Origin: Clostridiales bacterium UBA1234
GTDB lineage: Bacteria > Bacillota > Clostridia > TANB77 > UBA1234
NCBI GenBank assembly: GCA_002308995.1
Contig: DBWQ01000023.1
Location: 37,015-69,014, forward strand
DNA length: 32,000 nt
Direction: 5' to 3'
In this document: positions 17,731-25,149 of the stretch, in pieces
Layout of the letters: the number at the start of each line of letters is the position of its first letter
Position numbering within the stretch: the stretch's first letter is position 1
Notes under the pieces: generated by a model
The model's database searches: none
Told to the model about the DNA's origin: nothing
The model's input: the letters and a program-made list of their open reading frames with translations, nothing else
Position numbers and translations under genes: made by a program

Positions 17731-17840
17731 TTTATGCATTGATTATAATGAACAAACTTGTTTGGGCTATTTTTATGCCCTTTTTCCTTTGTAACTTAAA
17801 ACTTTTTCTTTTGTATTTATTTAAATAGGCATACGCCTAA

Positions 17841-18272
17841 TTAAATACCAAGCATTGACATCTTTTCAGCAATATCATCGCTGTCTTGATTATCGTTATA
17901 TGAATTCCAACTTTCTTTGCTCCAAATCTCAATACGATTAGAAACACCAATCACAACAACATCTTTCACTAGATTTGCATACTCTCTTAAATTGCCTGAG
18001 ATTAAAATTCTTCCTTGTGCATCAAACTCACACTCAATAGCACTAGAAAAGAAGAATCTTGTAAAGTTTCTTGCATCTTTGCCCGTAATTAAAGGTAGTG
18101 TTTTTACTTTTTCTTCGATAGCCTTCCACTCTTCAATAGAGTAACCATAAAGGCAACCATCAAAACCTTTGGTAACGATAAACCTCTCTCCAAGCTCCGT
18201 ACGGAACTTAGCTGGAACGATCATTCTGCCCTTGGCATCAATGGTATGAGAATACTCACCAATTAGCATCAT
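17841..18272 (-). CDS. mraZ: Transcriptional regulator MraZ
   Basis: [20 protein letters not shown] and a second DAQGRILI repeat (duplicated SpoVT/AbrB-like fold). Start ATG 18272, 5 nt after AAAGGAG. Confidence 0.9.
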   Translation of the reverse strand: MMLIGEYSHTIDAKGRMIVPAKFRTELGERFIVTKGFDGCLYGYSIEEWKAIEEKVKTLPLITGKDARNFTRFFFSSAIECEFDAQGRILISGNLREYANLVKDVVVIGVSNRIEIWSKESWNSYNDNQDSDDIAEKMSMLGI

Positions 18273-18288
18273 AACCACTCCTTTCGTT

Positions 18289-18314
18289 TACCACTTTCCA
18301 CCACTTTTCCCCAC
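18289..18314 (-). promoter_or_regulatory. Putative MraZ operator: three direct GTGG repeats with 10 bp phasing
   Basis: Minus strand reads GTGGGGAAAA GTGGTGGAAA GTGGTAAACG, between the -10 box and the mraZ SD. It matches the known MraZ-box architecture (repeated GTGG/TGGG motifs). Confidence 0.6.
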
Positions 18315-18324
18315 CTTTGATTAA

Positions 18325-18353
18325 ATTTTACCCCATTTTGGCTTCCAATGCAA
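18325..18353 (-). promoter_or_regulatory. Sigma-A type promoter of the mraZ (dcw) operon
   Basis: Minus strand has TTGCAT (18353-18348), 17 nt spacer, TAAAAT (18330-18325). Confidence 0.6.
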
Positions 18354-18371
18354 GTATTTTTGCAAAAAAAG

Positions 18372-18400
18372 ATAAAAAAAAAGCCGACAATTTGTCGACT
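18372..18400 (-). terminator. Intrinsic terminator after the Spo0E-like gene (flanked by A- and T-runs, possibly bidirectional)
   Basis: Minus strand reads GTCGACAA a TTGTCGGC followed by TTTTTTTTT. Confidence 0.65.
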
Positions 18401-18412
18401 TTTTTTGCGCTT

Positions 18413-18553
18413 TTACTCGCTAGTCCTCTTATAATACTGTGTAATGTATTTGTCAAGCTCCTTACTTACCTCGTAAATCTCATCATAAGTGGCACCTTTA
18501 GCAACCAAAGCGTCTAATTTTGCTCTTAATTCTTCGATTTTTTGACTTAACAT
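18413..18553 (-). CDS. Spo0E-family small protein (46 aa, aspartyl-phosphate phosphatase-like)
   Basis: Not in the ORF track. ATG 18553 behind AGGTGA gives MLSQKIEELRAKLDALVAKGATYDEIYEVSKELDKYITQYYKRTSE, the helix-loop-helix pattern with the S-x-ELD-x-xI motif of Spo0E-like proteins. Confidence 0.5.
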   Translation of the reverse strand: MLSQKIEELRAKLDALVAKGATYDEIYEVSKELDKYITQYYKRTSE

Positions 18554-18608
18554 CTACATCACCTAGGCCCTTTCGTTATCTTTAGGGTATCACATCCTAG
18601 ATGGATAG

Positions 18609-19416
18609 TCAATCTACATGATTATCTTTCGGTCGACAGCATTCGACAAAAAAATACACGCCAAATGCCCCTAAGCACAAAAGAACACTTAAGATTTGCG
18701 AAACTCTCAAGCTTCCTACCATTAACGAATCGGTTCGAAGCCCTTCTATCAAAGCTCTTCCAAATCCATATAGCATAAAATAGAGGCAAAGTATCTGTCC
18801 CGAAAACTTTCTCTTTTTACGAAGAAGCATGAGCATCACAAAAATGCAAAAATCTAAAACAGACTCATATAGAAAAGTTGGGTGAACATGGATAAAATCC
18901 TGCACTTCCTCACTATAAATTCTCATTTTGAATAAACTCTCTGTCACGCTTCCATAGGCTTCTTGGTTAACAAAATTTCCCCATCTTCCAATGGATTGTG
19001 CTAAAGCTATCACCGGCATGCCAAAATCCGCCAAATCCAAAAAGGAGATTTTTTTGATGAAGCAATAAATGATTCCGGCTACCATTCCTCCTAAGATGCC
19101 ACCGTAAATTGCAAGTCCACCGCTGGTAAATTTTAAAAATATCTGCCAGATGCGTTGCATAGTAATCCCAACTAAAAATCACATAGTATAGTCTTGCACA
19201 AAGAATTCCTACCAAAATGGCAATGAACGAAAACTCCATCACCGTATCAAAAGAAATCCCAAAAAGGCCTTCATTCTTCTTGCAAATCCAAAGAGCTAGC
19301 ATGATACCAGTGGCAATCAAAATGCCATACCAATAGATTTGCAAGTCTCCAATCTCTATTGCTACAGGATCTATATGAAACGTTAAGTTAAAATTCGGAA
19401 ACGAAATAGGATACAT
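18609..19416 (-). CDS. lgt: Prolipoprotein diacylglyceryl transferase; continuous only if one nucleotide is skipped at the in-frame CGG (19122-19120)
   Basis: ORFs 18967..19416 and 18609..19160 overlap. Skipping the C gives ...ADIFKIYQGGLAIYGGILGGMVAG...GRWGNFVNQEAYG, the conserved Lgt W/Y-x-GG-x3-GG and GRxGNF motifs. Span minus 1 nt = 269 codons. Confidence 0.9.
19120..19122 (-). other. In-frame CGG at the frame break (putative +1 recoding site) in lgt
   Basis: Coding strand is TAC CAG CGG TGG. The +1 frame reads GGT GGA CTT GCA ATT TAC GGT GGC (GGLAIYGG). Confidence 0.75.
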
Positions 19417-19452
19417 GCTTTTCTTCCTTTCTAACAGCGTTTTTTCCTCTTC

Positions 19453-20760
19453 TTATGCTGATGTTTTTGGCTTAATCACCGAAATTGCCATTTTACTTGG
19501 ATCAAAATGCTTACGAATGGCCTCTTCTACCATCTTTTGGTCAACTTGCTCATAAGCTTTGACATAATCAAATGTGTTGATTCCCTTAAAATAATCTGAA
19601 ATGACCATGGTAGCCACCCCAGAAACATCATTAAAGCGTTTCACAAAATTGCCATAAAGCACCTTCTTGGTTCTCTCAAATTCCTCTTGATTCACTCCAT
19701 GTTTCTTAAGTTCTTCAATTTGATCTACCACTCTTTGCACTACTTTTTGGTAATCGGTCGATTCATTATCAAAAGAGGTATACGCATAGTCTTCTTCATA
19801 CGTAAAAGATAGTCCAAACTCTCTGGTAACCAATCCTTCACTATATAGTTCTTCAAATAGCTTTGTGCTTTTACCAGCAATTAATTCTAGGGCAATTTGA
19901 AGTGCCACATCGTACTGCAAAACGTCTTTATGCTCTTGTTCATACCCACTTTCTAGCATTTGACGATTAAAATTATCCTTATACCCAAACATAAAACTTG
20001 GAAGACTTACTTCCATCTCTTTTTCTATTTTGCTTTGGTAGATTTCTTCTTTTTCTTCTCCATAGTCACGCTCAATTTTATCTAACGTACCTTTTGGTTT
20101 CACATTTTCTTTGATTAAGTTCACCACTTCTTCCACATTCACATTGCCTACGACACAAATCACCATATTTGATGGTTTATAGAAATTGTGGTAACACTTA
20201 TATAAAATGTCCGGCGTAATATGAGAAATGGTTTCCACCGTTCCTGCAATATCTTTGGTAATCGCATGTTTGCCATAGAGGCAATTCACAAAGCCAAAGA
20301 ATAATTGCCAATCAGGATCATCATCGTACATGCCAATTTCTTGGCCAATAATGCCCTTTTCCTTTTCTACATTTTCTTCTGTCAAATACGGATTTTGCAC
20401 AAAATGCATTAAGGCTTTAAAAATCTCTGTAAAATGATCCGTGGTATCAAATAAATAGGCTGTATGATTAAAGCTAGTATACGCATTGGGATTGGCTCCC
20501 ATTTTGGTGAGCTTATCTAGCGCATTTTCGCCCTCTTCTTGCTCAAAAAGTTTATGTTCCAAAAAATGAGCCACCCCATCGGGAACGGTAAGCATTTCAT
20601 CTTCTCCCTCTGGTTTAAAACGATAATTAATCGAACCAAAGTGTGTTGCATACGTGGCATATTTTCTGCTCACATTTTTCATAGGAATAATAATCACGTC
20701 TAACCCATTTTCTAGTTTTTCAATATGCATCGTCTCGTTTAAACACTGTTTTTCCAACAT
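19453..20760 (-). CDS. M16-family zinc metallopeptidase (active subunit)
   Basis: HFLEHKLF is the inverted HxxEH zinc-binding motif of pitrilysin/insulinase-family peptidases. About 435 aa. Confidence 0.8.
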   Translation of the reverse strand: MLEKQCLNETMHIEKLENGLDVIIIPMKNVSRKYATYATHFGSINYRFKPEGEDEMLTVPDGVAHFLEHKLFEQEEGENALDKLTKMGANPNAYTSFNHTAYLFDTTDHFTEIFKALMHFVQNPYLTEENVEKEKGIIGQEIGMYDDDPDWQLFFGFVNCLYGKHAITKDIAGTVETISHITPDILYKCYHNFYKPSNMVICVVGNVNVEEVVNLIKENVKPKGTLDKIERDYGEEKEEIYQSKIEKEMEVSLPSFMFGYKDNFNRQMLESGYEQEHKDVLQYDVALQIALELIAGKSTKLFEELYSEGLVTREFGLSFTYEEDYAYTSFDNESTDYQKVVQRVVDQIEELKKHGVNQEEFERTKKVLYGNFVKRFNDVSGVATMVISDYFKGINTFDYVKAYEQVDQKMVEEAIRKHFDPSKMAISVIKPKTSA

Positions 20761-20784
20761 TCATTCCTCCTTCCACTTAAGTCA

Positions 20785-22056
20785 CTAATTTCCCAAATAA
20801 TATTCTAGTTTTAATTCCATTTGATGAGCAATTTGTATAATTTCGTCTTTCGTTACCTTTTGAATTTTGGCAATCATTCCTTCTATGCTATCTTCCATCC
20901 CTAGTAAAAATTGCCCCATACTTAGGCTAACCATCGTCGTTTCATCGTCCGTATACGTTCTAAATAAATTCACTAAAAAGGTTTTAGCATTAATCACATC
21001 TTCCTCGCTAAAATTTCCCTCATTCATATCTTGCACTTCTTTTTTGATATACTCTAAGGCTTTTTCGTATTTATCCATTTCAATCCCTGCGGTAATCAGC
21101 ATTAATGCCTTATGTTTTAAGTAAGTCGAACGGATGGTATACGCCATACTCTTTTTTTCACGCACATTTTGGAATAATTTAGACATGGCAGAAGAACCCA
21201 AAATAGCATTATACACATATACTTTATATAAATCATCCGAAAATGGATCTACTTTGGCATCATAGGTAAGGACAAGTTTTCCCTGAATAACCTCCCCAAC
21301 ATCTCTTACTTTTTTCACGCCATCAATCATCGCCAAATCACTTTTATCCACCGCAAAGTAGTTTTGTGCATCACTGGTATCTTTAATAAATGAAAACTCC
21401 TTAGTCATCTGATCCATTACTTCGCTTTCTTCAAAACGCCCAGCAACATAAAAATGAATCTCACCCTCCGCCATTACCTTTTGGTATTGCTGATATAAGC
21501 TTACCTCATTCATTTTGGAAATATCCTCTTCTCTACCATATTTATATACCCCATAAGGATCATTTGGAAATAATTCCTCAAGGCTACGAAAAACTGCATA
21601 TGCTCCCTTATCGTTAATTTTACTTTTAATTAATTCTAAAAGCTGTGCCTTTTCTTGCTCTACATAATCTTTATCAAATGTACCATTCACCAATTTAGGC
21701 TCAAACATGATTTCTTTTAACAGTGAAATAGACTTTTGTAAAAGCTTTTCTTGGTTTAGGGCATACTGGTCATCAATCACGGATATATAAAATTGAAGAG
21801 CTTGTTTACTCCCCAACTTATCGGAGCTTGCATCAAAAATAGCGCCATACATATCATCCATGGCATTTGAAATATCGCGCATTGTTGGATGAGCATTGGT
21901 GCCACGTTTTAAAACCGCCGGAATTAAGGTGTTTTGGGTAATTTCCTCCTTATTTAAATCCACTAGCACAAAAGATGCTACGAGGTTGGTTTTGAATTTT
22001 TCCGTATACATCGTATGAAGATACACTCTATCATTTAATTTGGTAATTGTTTCGTT
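20785..22056 (-). CDS. M16-family peptidase-like protein lacking the HxxEH motif (probable non-catalytic partner)
   Basis: Similar size and adjacent to the active M16 gene, with no HxxEH seen. The start is uncertain: TTG near 22056 after GGAAAGGAG, whereas the ORF track extends to 22101. Confidence 0.6.
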   Translation of the reverse strand, partial: NETITKLNDRVYLHTMYTEKFKTNLVASFVLVDLNKEEITQNTLIPAVLKRGTNAHPTMRDISNAMDDMYGAIFDASSDKLGSKQALQFYISVIDDQYALNQEKLLQKSISLLKEIMFEPKLVNGTFDKDYVEQEKAQLLELIKSKINDKGAYAVFRSLEELFPNDPYGVYKYGREEDISKMNEVSLYQQYQKVMAEGEIHFYVAGRFEESEVMDQMTKEFSFIKDTSDAQNYFAVDKSDLAMIDGVKKVRDVGEVIQGKLVLTYDAKVDPFSDDLYKVYVYNAILGSSAMSKLFQNVREKKSMAYTIRSTYLKHKALMLITAGIEMDKYEKALEYIKKEVQDMNEGNFSEEDVINAKTFLVNLFRTYTDDETTMVSLSMGQFLLGMEDSIEGMIAKIQKVTKDEIIQIAHQMELKLEYYLGN

Positions 22057-22161
22057 CAATGTAACATTACTCCTTTCCAAGCATTCGTTTTCAGCAAGCA
22101 AAACTTGCCAACACGTTTATTATACTCTATCTTATGGGTTTTATTCAAGTAGATACTCCAT

Positions 22162-22190
22162 AAAAAAACCCTTTGCCAATGGCAAAAGGT
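22162..22190 (-). terminator. Intrinsic terminator after pilin paralogue 1
   Basis: Minus strand reads ACCTTTTGCC att GGCAAAGGGT followed by TTTTTTT. Confidence 0.7.
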
Positions 22191-22233
22191 TTGATTAATA
22201 TTTTATGGTAACTAATAAAGAACGCTCCTACGT

Positions 22234-23022
22234 TTATGGTGTGGTACTAAAGGTATAGCCCACTGAGGTACCACCTGTTACGGTATCTTCTATATCAGGG
22301 ACATAATACACTGCTGGTTTATCAGCAGAAGATGTTTCTACCTCGGTAGTATTTGGTACAATTTTTAAATTGGTTGGCGCCACTTCAACTGTTTTTACAT
22401 AAATTTGTTCTAAATTACCTTCTGCAACACTGCCAAAGGTGATTAAGCCAATGGTATCTGGTTTGGTAGCATCAAACCCTGTAAAAGCAGTACCATTTGG
22501 TTTGGTAACAAGGTCTGTAGCAGTGACATAACTTTTATCATCATTCACATATGGTGGCCAACAAAAAACTCTCCCCTTAGGGGTAACAAAGTAGGACAAA
22601 GTTTGGTTCAAACTCTGATTGGTGTCTACTTTTGCCACTTTAATTTGCAAATTCTTTTTAGCATAAGCAATATTTAAAGGCGTACAAGAAATTGAAGATG
22701 CTTGCGTACGCGTAAGCCATAGTTTATCGCCTGAAGCATCTTTGGTAATAGGAGGATTTGCCATCTCACCACCTCTTGCCAAATAATTATATACTTGTGC
22801 ATCCGATACGGAATGAGCTCGAGAAATCTCTTGATTTTTCACCCAAGCATATTGCTCCGAAATAGAAAGCTGAAGTTCTTTCATCTGTTGTGCAAAACCT
22901 GCATAATAGGCCTTTTGTGTATTATCTAGTGCACCACTTCTAATAGAAATAGCCGCTAGTAAAATAGCAATGACAATTGTAATAACAAGTGTAATCAACG
23001 AAATACCTTTTTGATTCTTCAT
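22234..23022 (-). CDS. Type IV pilin-like protein, paralogue 1 (class III signal peptide, Thr at mature position 5)
   Basis: MKNQKG / ISLITLVITIVIAILLAAI prepilin leader and hydrophobic helix. Shares the NYLARGG and FVTPKGRVFCWPPY motifs with the other two paralogues. Start ATG 23022 behind GGAGG; the ORF-track extension overlaps the promoter. Confidence 0.75.
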   Translation of the reverse strand: MKNQKGISLITLVITIVIAILLAAISIRSGALDNTQKAYYAGFAQQMKELQLSISEQYAWVKNQEISRAHSVSDAQVYNYLARGGEMANPPITKDASGDKLWLTRTQASSISCTPLNIAYAKKNLQIKVAKVDTNQSLNQTLSYFVTPKGRVFCWPPYVNDDKSYVTATDLVTKPNGTAFTGFDATKPDTIGLITFGSVAEGNLEQIYVKTVEVAPTNLKIVPNTTEVETSSADKPAVYYVPDIEDTVTGGTSVGYTFSTTP

Positions 23023-23048
23023 TTTCGCTCCTCCTTTGTATATTAAGT

Positions 23049-23077
23049 ATTGTACCACTTCTTTTAAAAGGTAGCAA
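23049..23077 (-). promoter_or_regulatory. Sigma-A type promoter for pilin paralogue 1
   Basis: Minus strand has TTGCTA (23077-23072), 17 nt spacer, TGgTACAAT (-10 at 23054-23049). Confidence 0.55.
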
Positions 23078-23150
23078 GTAAGAATAAAATATTATCGCAA
23101 AAAATAGTTTAATTGATTTTTATTAAATCTTTTTCATTTGAGTTAGAAAC

Positions 23151-23191
23151 AGAAAAAAGGATATTTTCTTCCATTAGAAGAAAATATCCTT
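23151..23191 (-). terminator. Intrinsic terminator after pilin paralogue 2
   Basis: 15 bp stem AAGGATATTTTCTTC / GAAGAAAATATCCTT, followed on the minus strand by TTTTTTCT. Confidence 0.75.
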
Positions 23192-23241
23192 TTATACTCT
23201 TATATGATAGATACTAACTTAAATAGTTATCAAACTATCAA

Positions 23242-23970
23242 TTAATCAGCAAAGGTTAAAACAGCTTGTGGTTTAGCACCAGCTTCATCCTTAAATCCAA
23301 TTGTCATCTCTGGGCTAACCGCAGTTGAACCATTTTCAAAAGCAGTTTGAGTTACCCCAGCTTTTGCTATAGTAACTACCTCACCATTTGTAAAGGTAAT
23401 GGTGCAGTCACTCTCAACAACCTCTTTCATAGTCTTAAGATCAGCAGTACCAGCTTTAGCTACAGTATTTACGTTAACATAAGCTTTTTCATCATTGATG
23501 AATGGAGGCCAGCAGAATACATTACCCTTTGGAGTAACGAAAATACCACATGTAACTGAACCTGCAGCTGGTGTTTCAACTTTGATTGCTCTATCACCAC
23601 TTACAATTGCACCTGTTTTTGCACCATTAGGATTAACTTGGCTTATAAACTTATCTGCTTGAGCAATAGTAAGCCACTTGCCTTCATTAGTACCAGAGAA
23701 TTTATTAATATCTCCTCCTCTAGCAACAAAGTTTAAACGTTGAGAAAGACTCTTTGGGGCAACATTATTTTGAGCGATAAGAGTATTTGCATCTTCAGCT
23801 GCCGTTCTAATATCATCAGAAATTGTACTGATTTTCTCAGAAAATCCTGTAAATTGAGCTCTAGCGCCCATGTCTAAAACACCACTACCAAGAGCAATAG
23901 CTGCTAAGATAATAGCAACAACGATTGTAATAACCAATGTTATTAACGATACACCACTTTGATTTTTCAT
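23242..23970 (-). CDS. Type IV pilin-like protein, paralogue 2 (probable major pilin; Thr at mature position 5)
   Basis: MKNQSG / VSLITLVITIVVAIILAAI leader, with NFVARGG and FVTPKGNVFCWPPF motifs. It has its own strong promoter, AAGGAGG SD, own terminator, and codon usage visibly biased to GCT/GGT/ACT/GTT. Confidence 0.75.
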   Translation of the reverse strand: MKNQSGVSLITLVITIVVAIILAAIALGSGVLDMGARAQFTGFSEKISTISDDIRTAAEDANTLIAQNNVAPKSLSQRLNFVARGGDINKFSGTNEGKWLTIAQADKFISQVNPNGAKTGAIVSGDRAIKVETPAAGSVTCGIFVTPKGNVFCWPPFINDEKAYVNVNTVAKAGTADLKTMKEVVESDCTITFTNGEVVTIAKAGVTQTAFENGSTAVSPEMTIGFKDEAGAKPQAVLTFAD

Positions 23971-24127
23971 AATAAAAATCCTCCTTAATTTTTTTTATTC
24001 TAGGTACTACCTAGTTTGAGACTTCCTAGGTAATCCCTAGAGTTCTCTTTTGTGAATTACTTCGTTAACTTACCCTGACACTCGCACCCTGACAAGGCAT
24101 TTAACGTTTTAATTCTTTACAAGTATT

Positions 24128-24156
24128 AGTATAAACAATGATTTTTTAAAATGCAA
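24128..24156 (-). promoter_or_regulatory. Near-consensus sigma-A promoter for pilin paralogue 2, giving a leader of about 150 nt
   Basis: Minus strand has TTGCAT (24156-24151), 17 nt spacer, TATACT (24133-24128). Confidence 0.6.
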
Positions 24157-24265
24157 TAGGTTTTTTGGTTAAATTATCTTTACGAAAATATTACAAAAAT
24201 GTAACAAAGAAGTCTAGAAATTCACCAAACAAACTACATTTGGATAGGTAAAATACTTTTTACTT

Positions 24266-24294
24266 AAAAAAAGAAGCGAGTAAAAACTCGCCTC
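24266..24294 (-). terminator. Intrinsic terminator after pilin paralogue 3
   Basis: Minus strand reads GAGGCGAG ttttta CTCGCTTC followed by TTTTTTT, starting 5 nt after the stop. Confidence 0.7.
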
Positions 24295-24298
24295 TTTT

Positions 24299-25093
24299 TT
24301 ACTGACTTCTATCATATCCTTCAAATGTATATCCTTGCGCTACGCCATATTTCTTAACATGTTCTTCATTTGACCTGGTTTCCTCAGAATACCAAATGCT
24401 AGGAAGACTTCTATCTATTACTTGGCTTCCCTTACTAATATTATTATTAGAAGGAGCCGAATTAGAAACTATAATTTCTTCCCCATTTAAAAAGGTTATC
24501 TTCACAGTAGGATTTAATGAAGGGTTGGTAGCATCAGAACCTTTCAGATCTTCGCCAGTCATGGATTTGGCAGCAGTAATGCCATCGACATAACTTCTAC
24601 CATCACTCGAATACGGTGGCCAACAAAAAACATTTCCCAGAGGTGTGATAAAATACGATAACTCCTGCTTATTTGCATAATAGGTGTCCACTTTTCTATC
24701 TTTTAAACTTAAATACTCTTCTGCATAATTTTTTTCGATTATCGTACAAGGAATGGCATTCGCTTGTTCCTCTGTTAACATCTTAAGCCTATTTTCTCTA
24801 GATAAAAAATCAAAATCTCTATCCGCAAGCCCTCTGGCAACAAAATTGTAAAACTGTGCCTTAGAAATTGCATGCTGCGTAAACGGATCTTTTGACATCA
24901 TCTGAGCGCCAATATCAGCAATTCTAGTTTTAATATTATCACGAAATTGCGATATTTCCATATCAAATGATAAAAACTGTGCTTTATCTCCTATATTAAG
25001 AACACCACTAGATAATGCAATCGATGAAAGTATAATTGCAATCACAATTGTAATTACTAGTGTAATTAAAGAGACTCCATTTTGTTTCTTCAT
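24299..25093 (-). CDS. Type IV pilin-like protein, paralogue 3 (Thr at mature position 5)
   Basis: MKKQNG / VSLITLVITIVIAIILSSI leader, with NFVARG and FITPLGNVFCWPPY motifs. Start ATG 25093 chosen by analogy with the 6-aa leaders of the paralogues. Confidence 0.7.
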   Translation of the reverse strand: MKKQNGVSLITLVITIVIAIILSSIALSSGVLNIGDKAQFLSFDMEISQFRDNIKTRIADIGAQMMSKDPFTQHAISKAQFYNFVARGLADRDFDFLSRENRLKMLTEEQANAIPCTIIEKNYAEEYLSLKDRKVDTYYANKQELSYFITPLGNVFCWPPYSSDGRSYVDGITAAKSMTGEDLKGSDATNPSLNPTVKITFLNGEEIIVSNSAPSNNNISKGSQVIDRSLPSIWYSEETRSNEEHVKKYGVAQGYTFEGYDRSQ

Positions 25094-25149
25094 ATCTTTC
25101 CTCTTTCTTTTCATTTTTAGTGGTATCTCTCTATGAAATGTAGTATACG

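Noticed and set aside
23971-24127. c-di-GMP riboswitch upstream of the major pilin, as known for Clostridioides difficile pilA1
   Set aside because: I could not recognise the conserved GEMM-I or c-di-GMP-II core sequences by eye. It is left as an unclassified leader pending a covariance-model search.
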